This document shows, piece after piece, positions 1-9,329 of a stretch of 64,000 nucleotides of DNA. Location of the stretch: positions 463,672-527,671 of the forward strand of contig CAYNQD010000001.1 of assembly GCA_964399295.1 (NCBI GenBank), in the 5' to 3' direction. Numbering within the stretch: the stretch's first letter is position 1; each line of letters opens with the position of its first letter. This DNA comes from an uncultured Candidatus Saccharibacteria bacterium. GTDB taxonomy: Bacteria > Patescibacteriota > Minisyncoccia > Phycocordibacterales > UBA918. The translations under genes and the position numbers were made by a program. The notes under the pieces are model-generated. The model had not been told where the DNA came from. It was given only the letters and a program-made list of their open reading frames with translations, and searched no databases.

Positions 1-2
1 CT

Positions 3-905
3 ATGCTAAAATCTAGTGACATGAATGAAACGGACAATGAAATCAAATTATTGAATCCCAGTGATTTTACTCCCGCGGGGCTTGGAGCCTTACACGAAAT
101 TCCCGAGCCGCCAAAACAGCTTTGGTACCAAGGCAATCTACCGCCAGCCGGTCTTTCATTGTTGGCGGTGGTGGGCTCACGCTTATACACCACCTACGGA
201 CGGCAAGTAACCGATTACCTAATTGATGGTCTGGCCGGGTATCCGGTGGGGATTGTCTCTGGCTTGGCGCTTGGTATTGACGGCTTAGCGCATGAGGCCG
301 CCTTGCGAAATGATTTGTACACATTGGCGGTGCCGGGAAGCGGACTGGAGGAAAAAGTGATTTACCCACAGAAACATCGGAAGTTAAAGCGGAAGATATT
401 GGAAAGCGGCGGCGGTCTGATGTCGGAATTACCACCCACGACCGCCGCCGCTTTGTGGACCTTTCCCAAACGCAACCGCATCATGGCCGGACTCTGCCCC
501 GCCACTCTCATCATAGAAGCCGGAGCCAAATCCGGCACCCTCATTACCGCCCGCCTAGTAGCCGACTACAACCGCGAACTTCTCGCTGTACCCGGCAGTA
601 TCTTTTCCAAAAACTCCTTCGGCGCCCACCAATTTCTCAAGCTTGGAGCCACCTTGGTCACAGATGCCAGCGATATTCTGGAGGTTCTTAATATCGAAGA
701 AAAAACCGCAACCGTCGCCAACCGTCCTACCCTTTCGGAAATTGAAGAAAAAGTCATCAAAGCTCTGCTCGAACCCCTCGACCGCGACACTCTAATAAGA
801 CAGCTAAATATTTCAGCCAGCGAAGCCGGTATCCTTCTGATGACTATGGAGATGCAAGGTTATATTAAGTATGAAGCCCCGTATTACTACAACACCACTC
901 CCTAA
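3..905 (+). CDS. dprA: DNA processing protein DprA (Smf family, DNA protecting protein for natural transformation); start may lie at M1 or the internal Met, window edge upstream
   Basis: Translation shows the DprA Rossmann-like core (LAVVGSRLYTTYGRQVTDYLIDGLAGYPVGIVSGLALGIDGLAHEAAL ... IIEAGAKSGTLITARLVADYNRELLAVPG). Confidence 0.8.
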   Translation: MLKSSDMNETDNEIKLLNPSDFTPAGLGALHEIPEPPKQLWYQGNLPPAGLSLLAVVGSRLYTTYGRQVTDYLIDGLAGYPVGIVSGLALGIDGLAHEAALRNDLYTLAVPGSGLEEKVIYPQKHRKLKRKILESGGGLMSELPPTTAAALWTFPKRNRIMAGLCPATLIIEAGAKSGTLITARLVADYNRELLAVPGSIFSKNSFGAHQFLKLGATLVTDASDILEVLNIEEKTATVANRPTLSEIEEKVIKALLEPLDRDTLIRQLNISASEAGILLMTMEMQGYIKYEAPYYYNTTP

Positions 906-964
906 CACCCTTTTTCTAAAAACTTTCTACTTTAACATTCAATTAAGTCTCCCTAGAGCTGATT

Positions 965-1270
965 CTATAATAACCGCGTGTTGCAATCCAAAAATAATAA
1001 AAAAGCTACATAACCAATTTCTCCCCCAACTTCAATGGATTCTTTTTTGGAGTTTAGAATTTTTCTTTTTCCACCCTCAACCAAAACCAACCGCTTTTTG
1101 TTTTTTGTCTTCACAACAAAATCATTCCAGAATTCTTCCAGTTTCTGAATCTGCTCGTCTTTTTCATCATAAGTAAGTATGAATAGAGCCAAAAAAATAT
1201 AAGTGTTGATTATTTTTTGAGAGGCTATAAAAATATGGTATTTTGTATTCTTTATTGGAGTAGTCCGCAT
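965..1270 (-). CDS. hypothetical small protein (101 aa)
   Basis: ORF with a protein-like charged segment (DEKDEQIQKLEEFWNDFVVKTKNKKRLVLVEGGKRKIL) in a low-complexity AT-rich region; no recognisable domain. Confidence 0.25.
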   Translation of the reverse strand: MRTTPIKNTKYHIFIASQKIINTYIFLALFILTYDEKDEQIQKLEEFWNDFVVKTKNKKRLVLVEGGKRKILNSKKESIEVGGEIGYVAFLLFLDCNTRLL

Positions 1271-1316
1271 AAGACATAAGTTCTGATTTGTTCATTGGAA
1301 TTATTGAAGAATAATA

Positions 1317-1652
1317 TTAAGACTTGCCTTCACTCCCTACCCCAAAATGAAAAAGGCATTCCATTTTTTCTACCAGCTCCAAGCTTTTTAATCTTGTTGC
1401 TTTATGCTCCGCGTCTATCTTGAAAGTACTTTTTGCAACCACAGCTTGCGCCCGATCAAAATCTTCTGCTTCCATGAAATAGTAGATTTCGTTCCCTTCC
1501 TTGGAAATGAAGCAGGCTTCAGAAAAGACCCCTTCTTGCTTTGGGGTTTCCAAGACTTCATCTTGGCGTGATTTGAGGGTCTTGGTCCATTCCAGCCAAA
1601 TTTCTTTGCCTCCGGATTTAAATATAAACTTTGCTAAAACTACTTGTGACAT
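1317..1652 (-). CDS. hypothetical protein (111 aa)
   Basis: Clean ORF with balanced composition; no motif recognised. Confidence 0.45.
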   Translation of the reverse strand: MSQVVLAKFIFKSGGKEIWLEWTKTLKSRQDEVLETPKQEGVFSEACFISKEGNEIYYFMEAEDFDRAQAVVAKSTFKIDAEHKATRLKSLELVEKMECLFHFGVGSEGKS

Positions 1653-1827
1653 AATTAAAAAATTAAGACGGGGTAAGTCTGCGACATTAGCACAATCTTA
1701 CCCCGTCTAAGGTCAGATGACCAGCGAGCGAAGACCTTCATTTTTTACAAAACTTCTTAGAAGGTTGCATTTTTAAGTAAAAGTTATAGGATTTTAAAAA
1801 TGTTCTTTTTTAATCTGGAGTATACAA

Positions 1828-2310
1828 GTGAATATTGAAATTAATACTAAGAAAAGAGTTGATATAAATGAGGTGCAAAAGTTGGCAAAATTCCTTGAAG
1901 AAGCTCAAGCTGATTCAGATTCCCTTATAAGGGAGTACCACAATATAGAATCCGCGATTTTGGAGTTTGGTAATTATGATTCTACATTTCTAAAAGCATA
2001 TACAAAGAGAGAACTGGTAGGCATGGTGTTCGGATGTAATTCAATTTTTATCCTAAAAAATAGGTACCATAAATGTTTTCCAGGCTTTTATATATCTGAT
2101 ATAGCTGTAAAAATTAATTACAGGAATATGGGAATAGCAAAAATCATGCTAAATGAACTTGAATCAATTGTTAAAAAACAAGGATACAGAAGTATTTTAG
2201 CAGACGCAAAATATGATGGTCGTTCTTATAATTTATTTAAATCAATTGAATATATAGACACGAAAAAATATTCAAATATAGGCTTTTGTAGGCTTGAAAA
2301 AACACTTTAA
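1828..2310 (+). CDS. GNAT family N-acetyltransferase
   Basis: GNAT core signature (YISDIAVKINYRNMGIAKIMLNELESIVKKQGYRSILADA). Confidence 0.65.
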   Translation: MNIEINTKKRVDINEVQKLAKFLEEAQADSDSLIREYHNIESAILEFGNYDSTFLKAYTKRELVGMVFGCNSIFILKNRYHKCFPGFYISDIAVKINYRNMGIAKIMLNELESIVKKQGYRSILADAKYDGRSYNLFKSIEYIDTKKYSNIGFCRLEKTL

Positions 2311-2331
2311 TCCCTATTTAATAGGGATTTT

Positions 2332-3057
2332 TTATTTTATACAATTCTGAACTGCAGCCAAAAATTCCCGGCACTCATTTTCAAAATTAAGTCTATTATT
2401 TTTCTCTTCATAACAATACCGCAAATGCTTAATGGCAAAGTCCCTTACCCACGATTCAATCTTTGAATTATCTTCTATAAAATCTCGGATTTCTTGTTTA
2501 TGTAAAGACCTAAGTCCCAGCTTAATTAAAAGCAAACGCACCACTTGCCCCGAAGCTAACACAACATCCAAATCTCCCTTTAAACTTTTTTCTAACAAGC
2601 GTTTTACTTGATAATCAGTAAACAAAAGCGGGTCTGGGGCGACAAATTCACTTAAAAGATTATCACCACTAATCAGCTCATTATTGGCTTTAAGATCAAA
2701 ACCGAAGGCGGTAAAAATACTGAATGGCGAGTCTAAAAAATCAATTTCTGTTTTTGGTATTTCACTTTCGCAAATATATAAAATATCGCAATCACCATAA
2801 TGACCAAGAAGATTGTGTTTATCTTTCAAATTATCCTTGACTAAGAAAGATAATTTTTCGGCCAGCTCACTTTGTTTTTCATGAGATAGATCATTTTTAA
2901 AAATCAATAATATATCTATATCACTTTTTCCCGGAATAAAGTCGCCCCTAACAATACTTTTTATAAAATAGGCAGACAACAAACCGTCTGCTATTTGTTC
3001 AGTTCGCAACTTAGTAAGACTGGTGCGAATTAGGTTTTTTAGCTCTGATGGATTCAT
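2332..3057 (-). CDS. Pol-beta-type nucleotidyltransferase domain protein, third gene of the putative RiPP operon
   Basis: G-S-x(n)-D-x-D nucleotidyltransferase motif (GKSDIDILLIF); co-oriented with and immediately downstream of the rSAM gene. Confidence 0.6.
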   Translation of the reverse strand: MNPSELKNLIRTSLTKLRTEQIADGLLSAYFIKSIVRGDFIPGKSDIDILLIFKNDLSHEKQSELAEKLSFLVKDNLKDKHNLLGHYGDCDILYICESEIPKTEIDFLDSPFSIFTAFGFDLKANNELISGDNLLSEFVAPDPLLFTDYQVKRLLEKSLKGDLDVVLASGQVVRLLLIKLGLRSLHKQEIRDFIEDNSKIESWVRDFAIKHLRYCYEEKNNRLNFENECREFLAAVQNCIK

Positions 3058-3135
3058 GCTGATTTAACCAGTTTAATACAAAAACCCCACACTTGGAAGT
3101 GTGGGGTAAATAATCTGGAACTAAAAAAATATTAG

Positions 3136-4611
3136 TTATGATGTTATTTTCTCGCGAATAGGATTATTTTTGTATGGATACACAGCATCACCATTCAAAA
3201 CAGACTGATACATACCCCTATTTTCTGGACACAATGGGTCTCTAGTATCGTGTCTTTGAAAATGTATTTCCTTTTCCGCCAAACATCCACCGTTACATTG
3301 ACCACTCGCAAAAATACCACATCCAGAACATTCTGTGTCTTCAATGTTTCTATTTCTTAACCATTTCATGATAGGATGGTTAACCCAGACATCTTTTAGT
3401 GATACTTGCTTTATGTTGCCACAGTAATATTTAGTATATTGGAGTTTTTGGCAAGGATAAATACTGCCATCATGCTGAATTGCTATTTCCTGATTCCCTG
3501 CAGTACAACCATAAAATGACTTTACTGAACCAGGCTGCACTTTTTTATGCATCCTTACATAATCTTCTACATGCATTTTTCCAGAATATTCAACAGCTTT
3601 AGCAGAAACTATATCAAATAATTTATCATACTCTTCATGAGCAAGTATGAGATTATTATATTTACCACCCCTACCCTGAGCATACAGTTCATCGTGAGTC
3701 CATTTGTCACATTCTAAATCATAAGCAAAATCTATAATTTGACTTATTTCATTAAGATTTTTCTTATGTACGACAGTAAGTGCAGTAACATATATGTTTT
3801 TACCAAATTCAGTTTTCAAACGACGAATACCGTATATAGAATCTTCTAGTTTTGCACTCTGTCCGCGCAATAAACTATGCAGATCGGATGTATGTCCGTC
3901 TAAACTTATGTTCACCTCACTACAGGTATCACCAACTAACTTTAGTAACTTGTTACTTTTTAATAGAACTCCGTTTGTTGCAAGAATCACTCTAATGCCA
4001 GCATTTTTCATCTTATGAAGAATAGTATCTATACCCTTCTTCATAAGAGGTTCACCACCTCCAATCCAAACACTTCTGATACCTATGTCAACAAATTCAT
4101 CCACTAAACGAACGCAGTCGTCTACGGATAAACTGTTATCACACATAGGACCGCTAGAATTAAAGCAGTGATCACATGTTAGATTACAAACATTGGTAAT
4201 ATCCCAAGTTACTATTATGGGTGACGCTACATCAAAACCAACCACATCATCCTTAACAGCACCAGTATTCGTTCGATCAAAACGAGAGATAGAAACAATA
4301 TTACTTAAAGCACTAATGGACTCTTCTCTTGTTAAACCTGATTGTATAAGTAAATTAAATAAACTTTCTCCATTTACCCCAGACAAAATCAGCTCCATAA
4401 GATAAGTCGCATACGGATTGAGTACTAGCTGAAAGTTCTTATACTTAACGTCTGACTCGCCGTATAAAACAGATGAATCCCCCTCCTTTCTTAAAAATAA
4501 TTTACCAATCAGAAAATTATTTTTTATTTCATTGACTTCTGAAAAAAGCCTGCTCTGTGCCAAAGACATTTTTTCCTCCATTAATTTAAAATAGAGTGTC
4601 CTCTCGAACAC
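3136..4611 (-). CDS. radical SAM/SPASM-domain peptide maturase with N-terminal extension (possible RRE)
   Basis: CX3CX2C motif (VTWDITNVCNLTCDHCF), glycine-rich SAM site (WIGGGEPL) and a C-terminal Cys-rich SPASM-like region (CTAGNQ..YPCQKL..CSGCGIFASGQCNGGC). About 110 aa precede the rSAM core. Confidence 0.8.
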   Translation of the reverse strand: MFERTLYFKLMEEKMSLAQSRLFSEVNEIKNNFLIGKLFLRKEGDSSVLYGESDVKYKNFQLVLNPYATYLMELILSGVNGESLFNLLIQSGLTREESISALSNIVSISRFDRTNTGAVKDDVVGFDVASPIIVTWDITNVCNLTCDHCFNSSGPMCDNSLSVDDCVRLVDEFVDIGIRSVWIGGGEPLMKKGIDTILHKMKNAGIRVILATNGVLLKSNKLLKLVGDTCSEVNISLDGHTSDLHSLLRGQSAKLEDSIYGIRRLKTEFGKNIYVTALTVVHKKNLNEISQIIDFAYDLECDKWTHDELYAQGRGGKYNNLILAHEEYDKLFDIVSAKAVEYSGKMHVEDYVRMHKKVQPGSVKSFYGCTAGNQEIAIQHDGSIYPCQKLQYTKYYCGNIKQVSLKDVWVNHPIMKWLRNRNIEDTECSGCGIFASGQCNGGCLAEKEIHFQRHDTRDPLCPENRGMYQSVLNGDAVYPYKNNPIREKITS

Positions 4612-4626
4612 TCTATTTATATCACT

Positions 4627-4809
4627 TTACGACCAAGAAGAACCACAACCTTGCTTAGTACAATTCAAGGCCTCGTTAATATTCTTTACAGCCGATGGTG
4701 CTCCATACTTATCTTGTAATATTTTAATTTTATCACAAAGATTTTTGTCTACTAAAACATCCGGGGAAATAAAGTTTTGTAACTGTTGTGTTGACATTTG
4801 TTGACTCAT
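4627..4809 (-). CDS. putative RiPP precursor peptide (60 aa) ending in a Cys/Lys/Trp-containing tail (NCTKQGCGSSWS)
   Basis: Small ORF with AGGAGA RBS about 6 nt upstream of the ATG, immediately upstream of and co-oriented with the rSAM/SPASM gene. Long hydrophilic leader followed by a short Cys-containing core. Confidence 0.55.
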   Translation of the reverse strand: MSQQMSTQQLQNFISPDVLVDKNLCDKIKILQDKYGAPSAVKNINEALNCTKQGCGSSWS

Positions 4810-5055
4810 AACATTCTCCTAATATCAAAGAACAAACCCGTCTCTGAGACAATCTCAAAGTTAAACGAACTTATTCCACAGGCTATTCTACCCCCCCCCA
4901 CTAATAAGTCAAGCAAAATTTTATTATTAAAGAAACTAATTTTTTAGGCGTTATTGTAACCAACTTTGGCATACCCTAGACCAACATTTCAATCTTTTGT
5001 ACCCCAACAAACTGAGATTCTTCACTTTGGTCGGTATTTAGGGCGCACAAAGATA

Positions 5056-5184
5056 TTACTTTCTGTAGGTTGGAATTAGTTCATCAAGGGTATTACCTTG
5101 AGTATGACAGCCATTTAAGGAAGGTACCGGACCAATGAAGACACCATCTTCGTCTTTTTCAATATAAACAGTATAACTTTTCAT
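5056..5184 (-). CDS. HicB-like (UPF0150) antitoxin-type small ORF, 42 aa, possibly truncated
   Basis: Manual translation gives MKSYTVYIEKDEDGVFIGPVPSLNGCHTQGNTLDELIPTYRK with GGAGG RBS; matches the conserved HicB N-terminal motif (YxVxIEKDEDGxFxxxVPxLPGCxTQGxTxEE). Below the 60-aa cutoff of the ORF track. Confidence 0.4.
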   Translation of the reverse strand: MKSYTVYIEKDEDGVFIGPVPSLNGCHTQGNTLDELIPTYRK

Positions 5185-5315
5185 ACCTCCCTTATACTCT
5201 GAAAAATACATGATGTGAAGAGTTGTTTCAAACAATCCCTATCCTTATCCCAAGCAAAAATTTGACATTAAGACCAAATCCTAGTATTTGTTACAAATCT
5301 ATACCCAATATAAAT

Positions 5316-7676
5316 ATGAGCAAACAAACTTTAGTTATCGTAGAATCGCCGGCCAAGGCCAAGACCATTGAAAAATATCTGGGGGCAAATTATCGTGTTA
5401 TGTCCTCTATTGGCCACGTGCGTGACTTACCCAAGAGCAACACCGACGCTGTCGATATTGACGGCGGTTTTGTGCCGCGTTACATCATTTCGCCAGGTAA
5501 AGATAAAATCATTGACGGCTTGAAAAGCGCCGCCAAAAAAGCCGATGTTGTCCTCTTGGCTTCCGACCCCGACCGCGAAGGTGAAGCTATCGCCTGGCAT
5601 GTCGCTGAGCTTATCAAGTCCGCCAATCCCAATTTCAAGCGCGTGGTTTTTCATGAAATCACCGAACCGGCCATCAAAGAAGCGATTGGCCAGCCGCGTG
5701 ATTTGGATTTGAATTTAAAAGAAGCGCAAGAAGCCAGACGCGTACTGGATCGCTTGGTTGGCTATGACTTGTCGGGATTGATTTGGAAAAAAGTCCGCTA
5801 CGGCTTGTCGGCCGGCCGCGTACAATCGCCGGCGCTCCGAATAGTAATGGAGCGCGAGCGCGAAATTCGCGCTTTTATCCCCGAAGCCTACCACACCCTC
5901 ATCGCCCACACTGTTGCCGGCAAGCTACCGATACCTTTTTCCTGCACAGTGGAGCCTAGGGAACGGATTGAAGCAGAAAGAATAAAAAGCGTGGGCGAAG
6001 CCAACACTTGGCAAATCACCAATCTCAAAGAGACTGAGGTGAAGCGTGCGCCGCGCCCGCCTTTTACCACCTCGACTCTCCAACAAACCGCCTCCACCCG
6101 TCTGGGCTTCTCGCCTTCGCGCACCATGGGCGCGGCGCAAAAGCTATACGAAGCCGGCCATATCACCTATATGCGTACCGACAGCACTACCATCAGTGCC
6201 ATGGCTCAAAAGCAGATTATCGCCCTGTTGCATGCTGATTTTGGCAAGGACTATGCTAGTCCGCGCCAATACAAAACCAAAAGCAAATCAGCCCAAGAAG
6301 CTCACGAGGCCGTTCGACCAACCAATTTCGCCAAGCGTTCTCTAGGCAACACCGCTGACCAAAAAGCTCTCTACGAGTTAATTTGGAAACGAACAGTATC
6401 GTCACAAATGTCCGATGCTGTCATGAAGCGGACCAAGCTAATAACCAACATCACCAACAAAAAAGAAACCATCCCCGACTTTGCTGTGACGGGTTCTCGG
6501 GTTATGTTTGACGGCTGGCTAAAAGTCGATACCACCGCCCGCGGTGAAGACACCGAAGTACCAAAGCTCGCCATCGGTGACGATTTAAAACTAAAGGAAA
6601 TCACCATTGAAGATAAGGAAACCCAACCCCCCAACCGCTACACCGAAGCTGGTTTGATTAAGGAGCTGGAAAAACGCGGTATTGGCCGTCCTTCTACCTA
6701 CGCCTCCATCATGAAAACCATTACCGATCGCGGCTATGTGCTCAAAGAAGGCCGCACCCTGATTCCGACAGACACCGGCGACGTGGTCTCCACTTTCCTG
6801 GAGCAACATTTTACCGATTACATAAGCGACACTTTCACCAGCGAAATGGAAGATGAGCTGGATGAAATAGCGGAAGGCAAACGCACTTACGTGAAAACTC
6901 TACGGGATTTCTATACCCCTTTCCAAGCCAGTGTTGCCAGCAAAGCCGACATTGAAAAAATCACCAACCTCGGTGCCGGCCCCAAGCAGTTTCCCTGCCC
7001 GGAATGCGGAGCGGATATGATTATCAAGCTCGGTCGCGCCGGTACTTTCTTATCCTGCAACCGCTTCCCCGACTGCGTGGGTGCTCGCCTGATAGACGGC
7101 AGCGAAATGAAACCAGACGCCCCCATAGGTAACGACCCAGAGACAAATTTGCCGGTCTTTGTCATGAAAGGTAAATACGGCCCTTATGTCCAGCTTGGCG
7201 CCACACCGGAAAAGAAAAAAGGCAAAAAACTGCCCACACCAAAACGCGCCTCTCTGCCAGCCGGAATAAAGCCGGAAGATGTTACCCTGGACCAAGCCTT
7301 GCTGTTTCTCACCCTACCGCGTGAACTCGGTCCCCATCCTGCCACCGGCGAACCAATAATCGCCAACACCGGCCAATACGGCCCCTACTTGGCGCACGCT
7401 GGAGATTTTCGCTCCTTGAAAGGCAATGACGACCCCTATACCATCACTTACGACCGCGCTTTGGAAATTTATAAAGAACCAAAAGGCACGCGCAAAGGAG
7501 AAAAACTAATCAAAGAACTAGGCGTCAACCCAGGCACCAGAAAATTGGTCAACGTCTTTGAATCCAAATCCGGCCGTTATCTAAAAAAAGGCTTCAAACG
7601 CATCTCCATCCCCGACGAAATAAAAACCGAAGATATAAGTTTGGAAGTGGCAGTAGCGCTTTTGAAGCAGGGGTAG
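5316..7676 (+). CDS. topA: DNA topoisomerase I
   Basis: TOPRIM start MSKQTLVIVESPAKAKTIEKYLG, active-site region, C-terminal Zn-ribbon (CPECGADMIIKLGRAGTFLSCNRFPDC). The track ORF starts at 5223; the conserved N-terminus begins at the ATG at 5316. Confidence 0.9.
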   Translation: MSKQTLVIVESPAKAKTIEKYLGANYRVMSSIGHVRDLPKSNTDAVDIDGGFVPRYIISPGKDKIIDGLKSAAKKADVVLLASDPDREGEAIAWHVAELIKSANPNFKRVVFHEITEPAIKEAIGQPRDLDLNLKEAQEARRVLDRLVGYDLSGLIWKKVRYGLSAGRVQSPALRIVMEREREIRAFIPEAYHTLIAHTVAGKLPIPFSCTVEPRERIEAERIKSVGEANTWQITNLKETEVKRAPRPPFTTSTLQQTASTRLGFSPSRTMGAAQKLYEAGHITYMRTDSTTISAMAQKQIIALLHADFGKDYASPRQYKTKSKSAQEAHEAVRPTNFAKRSLGNTADQKALYELIWKRTVSSQMSDAVMKRTKLITNITNKKETIPDFAVTGSRVMFDGWLKVDTTARGEDTEVPKLAIGDDLKLKEITIEDKETQPPNRYTEAGLIKELEKRGIGRPSTYASIMKTITDRGYVLKEGRTLIPTDTGDVVSTFLEQHFTDYISDTFTSEMEDELDEIAEGKRTYVKTLRDFYTPFQASVASKADIEKITNLGAGPKQFPCPECGADMIIKLGRAGTFLSCNRFPDCVGARLIDGSEMKPDAPIGNDPETNLPVFVMKGKYGPYVQLGATPEKKKGKKLPTPKRASLPAGIKPEDVTLDQALLFLTLPRELGPHPATGEPIIANTGQYGPYLAHAGDFRSLKGNDDPYTITYDRALEIYKEPKGTRKGEKLIKELGVNPGTRKLVNVFESKSGRYLKKGFKRISIPDEIKTEDISLEVAVALLKQG

Positions 7677-7787
7677 AGGGTGGCACAAAGATTAAAGAGG
7701 CGAATCACGAAGTGATTCGCCTCTTTAAAACACCACCCACCAACAAATTAACTTGTCATTTTCCTCACTCCCCCATACAATAAAGGC

Positions 7788-9329
7788 ATGACGGCGCAGG
7801 ATATAACCAAACATTTAAAAGACCGCACTCCGGAAGAAATAAAGCTGGTAGAAGACGCTTTTGCCTTTGCGGAAAAGGCTCACGCCGGCATGAAAAGATA
7901 TTCCGGCGAGCCATACATGAACCACTTGGCAATGGTGGGTTTGCTACTGGCAGAAATGGGCATGGGTCCGCGCACGATTTCTGCCGGTCTTTTGCACGAC
8001 ACCATTGAAGACACTACGGTTACGCCTGAAGACATCAAACAGAATTTTAATGAAGAAATTCTTTTTCTGGTGGACGGAGTAACCAAGCTAAGCTCAGTGA
8101 GATATTATGGAACAAACCGTCACAACGAAAGCTTGCGGAAACTATTTGTCGCCACCAGCCAAGATATCAGAGTTTTGATTATCAAACTGGTCGACCGATT
8201 GCACAACATGCAAACCCTAAATCACGTTCCGAAAGAAAAACAATTCCGCATTGCCAGTGAAACTCTTGAAATTTACGTTCCCGTCGCGCACCGGCTGGGC
8301 ATGGGCAAGATACGCAAAGAGTTGGAAGACCTGGCCTTTGCTTACGTTTATCCGGAGGAATATGAAAAAGTACGCGGTCTTTTGGAAGCAAAAATAGGAA
8401 AATCAAACGAACTGCTAGAAAAAGAAAGAAAAATTTTGCAGAAAAAGTTGGCCGACGCGAAGCTGCTAGACTTCAATACATCCTACCGAGTAAAAGGTCT
8501 TTATAGCCTCTATCACAAACTAAAGCGTAAAGACTGGGACATAAATGCTGTTTTTGATTTACTGGCGATGCGGGTGGTGATTTCCAGTGTTGAAGATTGC
8601 TATCGCACTCTTGGCATCATCCACGAATTATGGCGCCCTCTTCCGGGCAGAATGAAAGATTATATCGCTTTCCCCAAGCCCAACGGCTATAAATCCATCC
8701 ACACCACTGTCACCACCCAAAACGGAGTTATTATGGAAATTCAAATCCGCACTAGAAAAATGCACCACGAAGCGGAGTTTGGAGTCGCCTCTCACATCAC
8801 CTACAAAGAACCACAAATAACGGGAGAGAAAACCAAACCTTCCGGATTTTTAAATCTAATACCAACCCTCTTTCGTCCTTTCACCAAACAAAACAACGCC
8901 ATCGATCAAGCCACCATCAGAAACACCTCCCACCACGACAAAATTCCCCTTTGGATATCACAAATAGGAAAAACCTATAATAAAGAAAAATCCAGCACCG
9001 ATGATTTTATTGAAGACATAAAAAATGATTTCTTCACTAATCGCATTTTTGTCTTTACCCCCAATGGTGACGTGGTTGACTTACCTGCCGGAGCCACGCC
9101 GATTGATTTTGCTTATGCCATTCATTCCGAAATTGGAGACCACGTCTTTGGTGCCAAGGTTAACAAAAAACTCATCACTCTTGATTCCGAACTTAAAAAC
9201 GGCGACATCGTAGAAATCGAAACCCGCAAATCAGCCAAGCCAACCGAGAAATGGCTAATCTCAGCCAAGACCTCAATGGCACGTCGTCATATTAAGAATG
9301 CTTTGGAAGAAGAAAAAGGTCTAAACTGA
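7788..9329 (+). CDS. rel: bifunctional (p)ppGpp synthetase/hydrolase, RelA/SpoT homolog (HD, synthetase and TGS domains; no ACT domain)
   Basis: HD motif (HLAMVGLLLAEMGMGPRTISAGLLHDTIEDT), RelA/SpoT synthetase region (YKSIHTTV..GVIMEIQIRT), TGS (IFVFTPNGDVVDLPAGATPIDFAYAIHSEIG). Confidence 0.85.
   Translation: MTAQDITKHLKDRTPEEIKLVEDAFAFAEKAHAGMKRYSGEPYMNHLAMVGLLLAEMGMGPRTISAGLLHDTIEDTTVTPEDIKQNFNEEILFLVDGVTKLSSVRYYGTNRHNESLRKLFVATSQDIRVLIIKLVDRLHNMQTLNHVPKEKQFRIASETLEIYVPVAHRLGMGKIRKELEDLAFAYVYPEEYEKVRGLLEAKIGKSNELLEKERKILQKKLADAKLLDFNTSYRVKGLYSLYHKLKRKDWDINAVFDLLAMRVVISSVEDCYRTLGIIHELWRPLPGRMKDYIAFPKPNGYKSIHTTVTTQNGVIMEIQIRTRKMHHEAEFGVASHITYKEPQITGEKTKPSGFLNLIPTLFRPFTKQNNAIDQATIRNTSHHDKIPLWISQIGKTYNKEKSSTDDFIEDIKNDFFTNRIFVFTPNGDVVDLPAGATPIDFAYAIHSEIGDHVFGAKVNKKLITLDSELKNGDIVEIETRKSAKPTEKWLISAKTSMARRHIKNALEEEKGLN

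Noticed and set aside
5223-5315. Upstream 31-codon extension of the topA ORF
   Set aside because: The conserved TOPRIM N-terminus begins at the ATG at 5316 (MSKQTLVIVESPAKAKT). The extension is not homologous to topoisomerase I.
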